Assembly: GCA_030606285.1 (NCBI GenBank)
Contig: JAUWGS010000005.1
Coordinates: 2,716 to 66,715, forward strand
Length of the DNA: 64,000 bases
Direction of reading: 5' to 3'
From: Planctomycetales bacterium
Lineage (GTDB): Bacteria; 4484-113
The notes beneath the pieces are model-generated. The model was not told where the DNA came from, made no database searches, and was given only the letters and a program-made list of their open reading frames with translations. Position 1 is the stretch's first letter; each line of letters starts with the position of its first letter. Both the position numbers and the translations under genes were made by a program. Positions 56,051 to 64,000 of this stretch are shown here, piece by piece.

Positions 56051-56060
56051 GGAATCACTT

Positions 56061-56097
56061 AGAACAAGAGAGGCCCGACCTTTTGGTCGGACCTCTT
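56061..56097 (-). terminator. rho-independent terminator of the giant gene (gaggtccgacc-aaaa-ggtcgggcctc then UCUUGUUCU on minus strand)
   Basis: 11-bp stem and U-rich tail, 40 nt after the stop at 56137. Confidence 0.55.
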
Positions 56098-56136
56098 AAC
56101 GTTGCTGTCCCAGGCAGTTTACGCCTGGCGACGGCC

Positions 56137-59100
56137 TTATCCGCCGCCCTCCGAGTGGCGATCCTCGTAAAGCACGACGTAGGCGCGCCGCTCGCTCGCA
56201 TCAACGTTTACCGCAGTAGTATCCCGGCGCGGCGTGTGCATCTTCCCTATATCTATCACGCGCTCGATAGCGCGGTCACGATCAATATGGTCGGCGTTCA
56301 CCGGGGCGGTCATGCCGCCGCCTGAGATGCTCACGCCACCTAAACCAACGATGCGGAAGGTGTAACTCCGCGTGGTGACATACGGCGCTATGTCATCGAG
56401 GTAGTTGGCAACCACCTTGAACTCGTTGTTCTCCGCATCCCAGACCTCCGCGTAGCGGAAGAGCGATGGCCCGGAGGGCGTGCGCTCAACGGTGGAGAAG
56501 TTGTTCCCGTCCACCTCCACATCATCCCTGTTGCCGTCGCCATCGGTGTCAACCACGTTGAACGACCGGGGCTCGTTCGCCGACCCGTCGTCGTCCCAGT
56601 CCATCAGGTCATCGTAGTATGTGTCGGTGAGAGCGCCAACAACCTTATAGAGGTCGAACATCGACTGGAATGGCGGATTGGGGATGAAGGTAAAGGCTAT
56701 CTCCCCACTGCTGTAGATGATGGCGATTTCATTGCGAGCATCCGCACGCGTCTCCCCAGCCTCCGTGTCATAGGAGAAGTACTGACGAGCATCGAAGCCA
56801 CGTCGCGTGTCAAGGCCCATCGGGTCCTCGTTGTCCAGCGTTGTGCCATTGTCGAGCGTATCGTTCAGATACTTGGCGTATTCTTCATCGCTCTCGAATG
56901 TCAGCTGCTCACGAACCACGGCAATGTCAGAAGGCGCGTAGAACTGCAGGTTCTCGACGTCGCGGTCGAGGTTGTAGTAGATGCCTCGGAAGTTGTCCCA
57001 GGCGTTAATCGCGTCGTTATCAGTCTGGTCGGGCCACACGTCATCGCGCGATGACGGGTTTGGATAATCGTAGGCGCGCGGATTAGCGCCATCCCATGGG
57101 CCAATCACCGGCAGATGGTCCACCCGTACGTCACCGCTGGCATACGGGTCTGCACCCATGCTGTGCAAATAGTCAAACCCCACACCGTCTACTTCTGGCT
57201 TATAAGCATCGTAATAAGCGTTGCGGTATTCCACGACAGCGTGCGCAAGTGCCCGTGCTTCATCTCGAGTCAGATATTCGTCGTTCTCGTAATCGCGATC
57301 GCCCCGGCTCCAGTTAGCGCCGTCGGACGAGAAGTATGCCCGTTCCTTGATTATCTTGGAGAAGAGCGACGCTAGAACCTCCTCGGGAGCCGTGTTGATG
57401 TTGATGCGCCCCAGCGTGTAGGTGTCATAGAAATCTGCCGGCGTATTCGTCTGAGGATCCTCAAGGTAGTTGATAGCGAACTGCGGGCAGTCTGCGGGAT
57501 CCTTGGCCGCGAGGAAGCCCGGTGAAATGAAGCTTGGGTTCGGGTCCACCGTCAGCAGGTCGCCGAATACCTGGATGTCCGCCTCACGCAGGCGATAGTC
57601 ATTCTCTTCCCACGTAGAGGAGTTCGCATCGCAGGAGTAAAGTGGGTCTACCCAGACCCGCACCGCATGCAGCGGACGGCCGTCCCGGTCGCGGCGGACC
57701 TTCGGCACTGTGCTGCCGTACGTCTGAGGCGTCAAGTATCCTGACGCGAACACCTGCTGCTGGGTGACGGCGAACTCTCCGGCTCCATCGGTTACGAAAA
57801 CGATGACGTAATAGTTGCCCGGATAAGGCACGTACAGGTAGACCGGGTCGTAGAGCTCGCCGATATCGCCGTTCATCATTACGCCGTCAGCACCGTACGG
57901 ATCGATAATCGTTGTGCGCGAATCGCGGAATGCCAGGTCTACAAGGGAACCATCAGTGCTCACCAGCGAGACCACAACGAAGTATTCCGAGTCATCGCCA
58001 AACAGCCCTGACAGACCGGTAAGAGCGCCGCTTGTCACCATGTTGCCGAAGCTGCTTCCGCCGAACTTCCGTCCTCCGCCAACGGCGTAGTTCACCTGAA
58101 TCTGGAAGTTGCTCACGCCGCTTGAAGGCGACACTACAGCCGTCACGTTTAGTGGCAGCCGCTCACCCACGAGAACCTTCTGCTCGGCGTTGAATGGATG
58201 TGTCGCAGGGCTGACGATGTCACCGTTGGCGTCGGTAACGGTAATCTGCACGTTCACGCCGTCTTCGGGGTCATCGTAGCGGCCGTTGGCCGGCGACGTG
58301 CGGTCCATCCACACCGCGTCGTAGCGGTACTGGAAGAAGGTGTATCGTCCGGATGTGATTACGCTGTCGGAAGCGCCCATGTTGTTCGGGTCATTGTATC
58401 TGATAGTAATGTTGTAAGGCGGCATACCGCCGTCAACGTAGACAATGAAGTTCACCCGTTCGTCGACTGCCACAGACGGTGGTATCGCCATTATCTGCGC
58501 GTTCAAAGGCGCCTGCTCGACCACAATGAGCCGTGGCCGGCCAGCTACCAGCATGCCGTTCCCATCTGAAACAGCGAGGCGGATCTGGTAAGTTCCCGTA
58601 ACAAGGGCTCCGAGTTCGTCAGACGCATCCTCACTCGGGACAAACAGCGGATTCGGCACGAAGTGCTGGGACACATCGCTGAATTGAATAGCGGTGCCCG
58701 TGTCCACGTGGCGGATGGTCCAGTTGTACGTATACGGCCATGCGCCGCCAGAGACGAAGGACTCAAGGCTAAAGCCCTGAGTTGTCACGCCTACCATCGG
58801 GTCGACGAATGTATCCACCGCCAGCGGGAGCGGGCTGGCCGAGCCCCCTCCACGGTTACCACCAACGAACACAACCTGAGAATCAAACGCATAAGCCGGT
58901 ACGTCGCCGGGATTCAGCGGGTTGTCGCGCACAAGCGACGCGGCATTATAAATCCCCTTGTCGGCTTCAACATCGATTCCGATATCGATAAACTGGAACC
59001 ACACGCCGGGCAGAATCGTCGGGAATGAGTTGATCGCGCCGGGATTCATGAGATTCGCGCCATTCGTGGTTGTCACCCGTGAATGCGTCTGCGGATTGGG

Positions 59101-62100
59101 GAAGCCGAGTATACCGATTTCGAAGTAGCCGTCTGTGTTTAGATCGGCCATGAACCGCATATCGGATCCCTCGCCGTAGATCCCGGTCAGGGTGTAGGTC
59201 ACGGAGCCTGGCGCGTTCGTCAGGCTGTACGGATCCTGCGTCGCCAGATACGCGTGGACATCAACCTGCGGATTCTCCGCACTCGGTATAAGAATCGTGT
59301 CGCTGGCGTGAATCACGTATGCCCGGCCGGTGACCATGTCGTAATCCTCGTTGATCACGGTCAGAGCAATGAGGTGTTTTTTGTCATTGCCGAGCGTCGG
59401 CAGGCTCAACGTGCTCAAAACGTTGCTCACGTCAACTGTGGGTAGCGGAGCAGGCTGCGGAATCGTGAATGTCTGGGAATATCTGTTGTTCGACCTGTCC
59501 GTAATCAACAGAGAACCGGACACATTCAGCCTGCCTGCGTTGTAGCTGCCAGTGTTTATGAATGTGAATCCAGCCGACCCTCCGGCATGGCCAACGTAGA
59601 GTTCTGAAGTAACGTAGTTCGCAGGAGCCACATAGTCGGATATACCGTCACCGTCGATATCCCAGTCGAACACCAGCGGAACGCTCTCGTCAATCCCGAT
59701 ATCGAATATCGTGGGATCGGTCGTTGTGAAGTTGAACGCCATCTGGGCGTAGTAGTTCACGGAAACACCGGGGCTAACAAAGCGGCCGTCCGCGCTGATG
59801 GATGAGCTTACATTGATATTGACAGGCCCACCGCCTCCCCAGTAACCCTGGGGGACGAACGACGGGTCAATGTTATACCGCTGGTTGGCGGAATTGCCCC
59901 ATACTCTCACGTAGAATGTGCCTGGCGGCACCACAGCTCCTGTGCCGACGACAGTGCAGGTGTCTCCCGATGCGATAGTGCTGCTGTCGAGCAGAGTTAG
60001 AACTCCATCGAATAATCTGATGTAAAGCTCGTCCGCAGGCCCCTGGTCAAATGACTGCACGAAGGCATTCAACGTTCCATCCTGAGATGTAGTTATGGAG
60101 TACCAGTCCTCGTCATTCGGGTCCCCCGGCGGAATCCTTCCGGTGAAGGGGAAGCTGTCCCTGTCAGGATCGTAGGCAAGCGACATCAGGTCAGCGGTCG
60201 TACTGTCATTGTTAGGCTCGGTCTCCCAGAACGTGTTGCCGGGATTGGGCGTGAAGACCGACTCCAGCTCGTACGTCTGTGTGCTGTCTGCGGTAATCCT
60301 GAGATAGTACGTGTCCGTGGGGGAGTTACGTCCGGTTGTTGCCCACGTGTGATTGTCGCCCGCGAAAATTGTGCCGCTGTCAATCAACACAAGCGTGGAA
60401 TCGTAAAGTTCGATATCAATGTGCTGAGCGCCTACCAGTCCAAAGCACTCCATAAGTATGCTCAGCGCTCCCGCCTGAGTCGTGTCGATGCTGAACCAGT
60501 CGTCATCCGTTGCGTCAGCCGTGCGACCCGTCCAGGTGGCATTATCGGTGGCGGGATCGTAATCCAGCGGCATCACGTTAGCCGTGGGGCTTGTGTCATT
60601 AGGCTCGACTTCCCAGTAGGTTGGCGTATCGGGCGACTCGGTGAGAATGGCGTACCGCGAGTTCCCGTCCACGTTCCACTTGTACTTCAGGCCGGTCTGG
60701 GAGGTCACACCCCCTGTGTATGACCGCACGTCAATGCCCATTCCGGGCAGCGGGTAACGGTCGGAGTACATGGGCATTATGCTCGTGGTCAGACCGTAGG
60801 CTTCAGGCGTGTTGTTCGGGTCATCCATCAGCGGGCGCAGATTGCGTATCTGCACCAACTGATGTGAAACAGCGCTCTTGCCCGTGCTTTGGTCGGTCAC
60901 TATCAGCGTTGCCGTGTAGTTGCCGAATCCGTCATCCGCATAATCGTGCTGAAGCGACGTCAATTGCGTCTGCCGAACCTGACCCGGCGAGTCGCCCATC
61001 CGCGAGGTGTCCGCTCGCGCGTCAATGATGCCGTCGCCCTGGAAGTCAAGCTCCATCGTATAGTTGTGTGTGGTATCCGGGATGATGGAGGCTATCAGAT
61101 CGAAGGAGACGACGAAGTGGGTTTGGAAGAACGCGCGCCCGCTTGTACCGCCGTTCCCGGCGCCATCGTTGGTCGTGACGGTCAGCCATCCGGTGCGGGC
61201 ATTACCGGGAACAACCGCCCGTAGTATCTGCCTGAACGGCAGCGGTCCCGCATAGCTCGGATCGGGCTGGACATCGAACGCCAGCGCTGTCGCTCCTCCG
61301 CCGAAGGTCACCCGGTTGTTCTGGGGTATGTTGTTGAAGTTATAGCCGTAGATCTCAATGACCGAGCCGTGTCCAGCAATATCGGGCACGATCGGCGGAA
61401 CTCCCGTATCCGATGACAGGAATGGCTGCGGGCCGGTTCCACTCATAATAGGTACAAGATTGTTATCCCCAATCGCATCTTCGCCGTTGCCCGGCGGAAT
61501 GGCAGCCAGCGTTGCTATCGGCTCACTATCGTACGATGCGGGGCCGCCCAAAATGACCATCTCGGTATCGGTCGCAAGGACGGTGTTGGTGGCGTTGTGC
61601 GGATTGATGTTCTTCTGGTCGATGACCATAACCTTGACGAAGTACACGCCGTCCTGCGACTGATCCGGTGTGAACAGGAAAGTCGGGCTGGCATCGTTAC
61701 TCTCCTGCCTCTGGCCTTGGTCGCCGGTGGCCAGCGCGCTGAACTCATCGAACACCTGCCACAAGTATCCGTACTCGCCCCGGCCACCGCTCACCGAAAC
61801 GCTCGCCCGGAAACCGTGGCTTGGCTGCTCAACCTCGTGGAGGTTGATCGAAGCCGTCATGTTCGGGACATTGGTGAACGACCTTGCCGGTGAACCCCGT
61901 CCTCCCACGATGAGAGTGGTGGCATCAATCGCGCTGGTGGGAACGGGAGTAGTCGAATCTGTAACCGTCAGTACGACGTTATACGTATCCTGCACCGGGA
62001 ACGTGTCTGTTTCAATAGTGAGCGTGTTGCTCTCGTAGTTCCCGTAGTTGTAGCTCTGAACAAGGCCGCCGAGGCTGTCGAATACTTGTACCGCGACGAA

Positions 62101-64000
62101 ATACGGGCTAACTCCTCCGTACATACCCAGATGCAGAAGTGTCGAGCTGTCCTCTTCGATAGAAGGTGGGTCGCATGCGATCTCGGCCACAACGTTGGGC
62201 ATAGTACCGATGAGGTCAACCTGGACGACGTCCGTGTCTACTCCCACAGGCGGATAAGGTATCGCGGGGAACGGCGGCTGCACCTGGTTCGCCACGATGA
62301 TGCCCGGCGGCAATGCCGTGCTGGACGGAATGACGGGCAGTCCGGGCCATGTCCCCACTGCAGCGGGACTGTAAAGGTCGTAAACGGTTAGTCGTATGGT
62401 GTCGCTGGAAGGAGTCACGAACACAGTGCGCGGGTCCCGTCCCCCAGCCTGCATCGGCCATGTACCGTCAATGCCCTGTGGCGAACCGTTGAAGTTCCAA
62501 TCGTAAAGGCGGAATGTGTTGGGATCTTCAACTCCACCGCCCGCTCTCGACAGCAGCATGAACTGGTCTGCGCTGATGCGAACCGCCAATATGCTGACCT
62601 TCAGCGGGATGAAGGTGTCGCAATTTTCCTGCAGATAGACCTTCACCACGTTATCGGCAAGGGTCTCCTCCGGCGTGCCGGCAGCCTTCACGGCCAATAC
62701 TCGCGCCGTAATGTACGGATTGCCGAAGTAGTCGAAGGCGAAATCTCCATCAATCGCTCCGGCGGTACCCGGCACAGGAACCTCTGCCAGGTCAAACAGG
62801 TGATCGAAGCGGATGTATCTCTGGCCGGTCGACTGATTGAACGTGGTGATGGCTCCAGGCCGCGCCTCCGTTGGCGGTGCAGACACCAGACGCAGATCAT
62901 CGCCGAAGGTCAGGTTGACCACATTCTCCCAGGTGCCGTCGTAGTTGTAGTCGAAATAGATGTCGTAGGTGTAGGCCACCGCGTCGTCGGTGAGGTCGCC
63001 GACTGTGCCGTTTGTGTCATACTCGCCGAGCTTGACGATATCGGACATTGACACGTAGTAGTTGACCATCACTGCGTTCTTACCGACTGGCGCACACAGA
63101 TAATCCGACGGCGGGTCGGCCATTATCCCCACACTGAACTGAGAGAACTTGTATAGGGGAACCTCGAGGATGTCCGCTACCGAATCGAAGTAGTGAGGCG
63201 GGACGATAGCATCCACGTTCTGGCCCGATTCGGGATCAGGCACGTATGCCGGCTGGAAGTAAAGCTCGAACAGGCCCGGAATGATAATCGGGTCAACGAT
63301 GGGGATGAATGAGCGAGTCCCCGGGATAGGGATGCCAGGATAGACCTGGCGGGGGTTGGCTCCATCGTCTTGGTAGCGGAACGCGTCTGCTTGCGTCAGC
63401 CCGTGACGGTGAAGCAGTATTGAAAGCGCTGAATCGCGGCTGAACGGGGGATCGAGTGCGGGATAGTCGCAGCCCGGCTCGCGGTTGTTTCCACCGAGGT
63501 CAATATCGTATTCGTGACCGCTTTCACCGACATTGTATGGGTAGTTCCCGGGCTCCAATGATCCACGGAACGAATTGCCCCAGGCGTCCGTAGAATATAA
63601 ATGGTCGCTAGGGCCTCGACCGGCGCGGTCAATGACCGGCAGAGCGAACTTGTTGTAGGTGCCTTCGGGAAGGTGGTTACGCAGGAAAGCCATCAGAATG
63701 TCGGCTTCCTGTTCCAGGGACGAGAGAGACGTGTCTGCCAACGGCTTGTTGATGTCGTAGCGCAGATCGGGAACCGTGTCGTTGTCAACCAGGTAGCCGG
63801 GAATCTGGCGGGGAGTCGCACCCGGAGGAAGATCTTCAGGATTGATCGGGTCGACGGTGGAGCTCACATCGGCGATGTAGTTCTGGACAACGTTCGTGTC
63901 GTAGGAGTAGACGGTTACATAGTCCTTGATCCGGTCGAACTTCGTCTGCGACATTCCCTGGACGTTGAGCAGCTCCTTGACATCCGAGAACGGACGGGGT
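56137..64000 (-). CDS. giant (>2620 aa, N-terminus beyond window) secreted/surface protein, Asn/Gly/Thr/Asp/Tyr-rich, with at least two PPC (pre-peptidase C-terminal) domains and a C-terminal region carrying a GspK/ComEA-like ININTAPEEVL helix-hairpin-helix motif
   Basis: Frame stays open upstream of ATG 63954 to the window edge (…PRPFSDVKELLNVQG-M…); PPC-like EVEPNDTSPTA...DDDWFSI...YYLRI and ETEPNNDSTTA...DEDWYSI...FYVRVWGNS. Confidence 0.8.
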   Translation of the reverse strand, partial: PRPFSDVKELLNVQGMSQTKFDRIKDYVTVYSYDTNVVQNYIADVSSTVDPINPEDLPPGATPRQIPGYLVDNDTVPDLRYDINKPLADTSLSSLEQEADILMAFLRNHLPEGTYNKFALPVIDRAGRGPSDHLYSTDAWGNSFRGSLEPGNYPYNVGESGHEYDIDLGGNNREPGCDYPALDPPFSRDSALSILLHRHGLTQADAFRYQDDGANPRQVYPGIPIPGTRSFIPIVDPIIIPGLFELYFQPAYVPDPESGQNVDAIVPPHYFDSVADILEVPLYKFSQFSVGIMADPPSDYLCAPVGKNAVMVNYYVSMSDIVKLGEYDTNGTVGDLTDDAVAYTYDIYFDYNYDGTWENVVNLTFGDDLRLVSAPPTEARPGAITTFNQSTGQRYIRFDHLFDLAEVPVPGTAGAIDGDFAFDYFGNPYITARVLAVKAAGTPEETLADNVVKVYLQENCDTFIPLKVSILAVRISADQFMLLSRAGGGVEDPNTFRLYDWNFNGSPQGIDGTWPMQAGGRDPRTVFVTPSSDTIRLTVYDLYSPAAVGTWPGLPVIPSSTALPPGIIVANQVQPPFPAIPYPPVGVDTDVVQVDLIGTMPNVVAEIACDPPSIEEDSSTLLHLGMYGGVSPYFVAVQVFDSLGGLVQSYNYGNYESNTLTIETDTFPVQDTYNVVLTVTDSTTPVPTSAIDATTLIVGGRGSPARSFTNVPNMTASINLHEVEQPSHGFRASVSVSGGRGEYGYLWQVFDEFSALATGDQGQRQESNDASPTFLFTPDQSQDGVYFVKVMVIDQKNINPHNATNTVLATDTEMVILGGPASYDSEPIATLAAIPPGNGEDAIGDNNLVPIMSGTGPQPFLSSDTGVPPIVPDIAGHGSVIEIYGYNFNNIPQNNRVTFGGGATALAFDVQPDPSYAGPLPFRQILRAVVPGNARTGWLTVTTNDGAGNGGTSGRAFFQTHFVVSFDLIASIIPDTTHNYTMELDFQGDGIIDARADTSRMGDSPGQVRQTQLTSLQHDYADDGFGNYTATLIVTDQSTGKSAVSHQLVQIRNLRPLMDDPNNTPEAYGLTTSIMPMYSDRYPLPGMGIDVRSYTGGVTSQTGLKYKWNVDGNSRYAILTESPDTPTYWEVEPNDTSPTANVMPLDYDPATDNATWTGRTADATDDDWFSIDTTQAGALSILMECFGLVGAQHIDIELYDSTLVLIDSGTIFAGDNHTWATTGRNSPTDTYYLRITADSTQTYELESVFTPNPGNTFWETEPNNDSTTADLMSLAYDPDRDSFPFTGRIPPGDPNDEDWYSITTSQDGTLNAFVQSFDQGPADELYIRLFDGVLTLLDSSTIASGDTCTVVGTGAVVPPGTFYVRVWGNSANQRYNIDPSFVPQGYWGGGGPVNINVSSSISADGRFVSPGVSVNYYAQMAFNFTTTDPTIFDIGIDESVPLVFDWDIDGDGISDYVAPANYVTSELYVGHAGGSAGFTFINTGSYNAGRLNVSGSLLITDRSNNRYSQTFTIPQPAPLPTVDVSNVLSTLSLPTLGNDKKHLIALTVINEDYDMVTGRAYVIHASDTILIPSAENPQVDVHAYLATQDPYSLTNAPGSVTYTLTGIYGEGSDMRFMADLNTDGYFEIGILGFPNPQTHSRVTTTNGANLMNPGAINSFPTILPGVWFQFIDIGIDVEADKGIYNAASLVRDNPLNPGDVPAYAFDSQVVFVGGNRGGGSASPLPLAVDTFVDPMVGVTTQGFSLESFVSGGAWPYTYNWTIRHVDTGTAIQFSDVSQHFVPNPLFVPSEDASDELGALVTGTYQIRLAVSDGNGMLVAGRPRLIVVEQAPLNAQIMAIPPSVAVDERVNFIVYVDGGMPPYNITIRYNDPNNMGASDSVITSGRYTFFQYRYDAVWMDRTSPANGRYDDPEDGVNVQITVTDANGDIVSPATHPFNAEQKVLVGERLPLNVTAVVSPSSGVSNFQIQVNYAVGGGRKFGGSSFGNMVTSGALTGLSGLFGDDSEYFVVVSLVSTDGSLVDLAFRDSRTTIIDPYGADGVMMNGDIGELYDPVYLYVPYPGNYYVIVFVTDGAGEFAVTQQQVFASGYLTPQTYGSTVPKVRRDRDGRPLHAVRVWVDPLYSCDANSSTWEENDYRLREADIQVFGDLLTVDPNPSFISPGFLAAKDPADCPQFAINYLEDPQTNTPADFYDTYTLGRININTAPEEVLASLFSKIIKERAYFSSDGANWSRGDRDYENDEYLTRDEARALAHAVVEYRNAYYDAYKPEVDGVGFDYLHSMGADPYASGDVRVDHLPVIGPWDGANPRAYDYPNPSSRDDVWPDQTDNDAINAWDNFRGIYYNLDRDVENLQFYAPSDIAVVREQLTFESDEEYAKYLNDTLDNGTTLDNEDPMGLDTRRGFDARQYFSYDTEAGETRADARNEIAIIYSSGEIAFTFIPNPPFQSMFDLYKVVGALTDTYYDDLMDWDDDGSANEPRSFNVVDTDGDGNRDDVEVDGNNFSTVERTPSGPSLFRYAEVWDAENNEFKVVANYLDDIAPYVTTRSYTFRIVGLGGVSISGGGMTAPVNADHIDRDRAIERVIDIGKMHTPRRDTTAVNVDASERRAYVVLYEDRHSEGGG

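Noticed and set aside
1-64000. CRISPR array
   Set aside because: The abundant palindromes are heterogeneous and are not separated by uniform-length unique spacers; no cas genes are present.

Overview
High-GC (~62%) bacterial chromosome segment, probably from an uncultivated lineage. Housekeeping genes are interleaved with accessory and low-GC islets.

Housekeeping genes called: dapF, a stand-alone Pol I-type 5'-3' exonuclease, plsY, an ECF sigma / zinc-finger anti-sigma pair, the holB-PSP1(yaaT/ricT) operon, tRNA-Arg(TCT), an archaeal-type valS, a BON lipoprotein, a TlpA-like thioredoxin, a CHASE2 adenylate cyclase and a NuoN-like subunit.

Main observations:

- **Paralogous lipoproteins.** Three paralogous lipobox lipoproteins (3336-4520, 21744-24542, 31962-35114) share an identical extended -10 promoter and a conserved structured 5' leader. 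Two of them (3336-4520 and 21744-24542) carry a novel ~48-aa tandem repeat (consensus LAVVNGNPAISY..D...DLKYVRA.DASG..W..PVTVD), probably forming a 7-bladed propeller, and both end in a terminal YY. Dockerin-like Ca-loop modules and PKD domains occur in 21744-24542 and 31962-35114. 31962-35114 is a GH5-PKD-GH114 enzyme fusion that lacks the propeller, with a decayed repeat remnant just downstream of its stop codon.
- **Possible mobile/defence island (7.7-11.7 kb), abutting tRNA-Arg.** It holds a prepilin-like gene, a beta-class amino-MTase fused to an Mrr-like nuclease domain, and a low-GC HicB-like/HicA-like gene pair.
- **TIR-domain protein** (404 aa) on its own in a low-GC islet.
- **Coupled gene pair** encoding a zinc-ribbon protein and a Cys-rich protein with a C-terminal SLOG/NDT-like domain.
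- **Fe-S flavoprotein operon** of three genes with an MvhD-like domain.
- **Type IV pilus cluster** (secretin pilQ, fused pilM-pilN, pilO, pilP-like). A giant (>2600 aa, 5'-truncated by the window edge) surface protein with PPC domains lies immediately upstream.
- **REP/BIME-like hairpins.** Intergenic regions are packed with at least nine families of GTAG-headed perfect hairpins arranged in mosaic clusters.

No CRISPR array, rRNA, integrase or transposase was seen.
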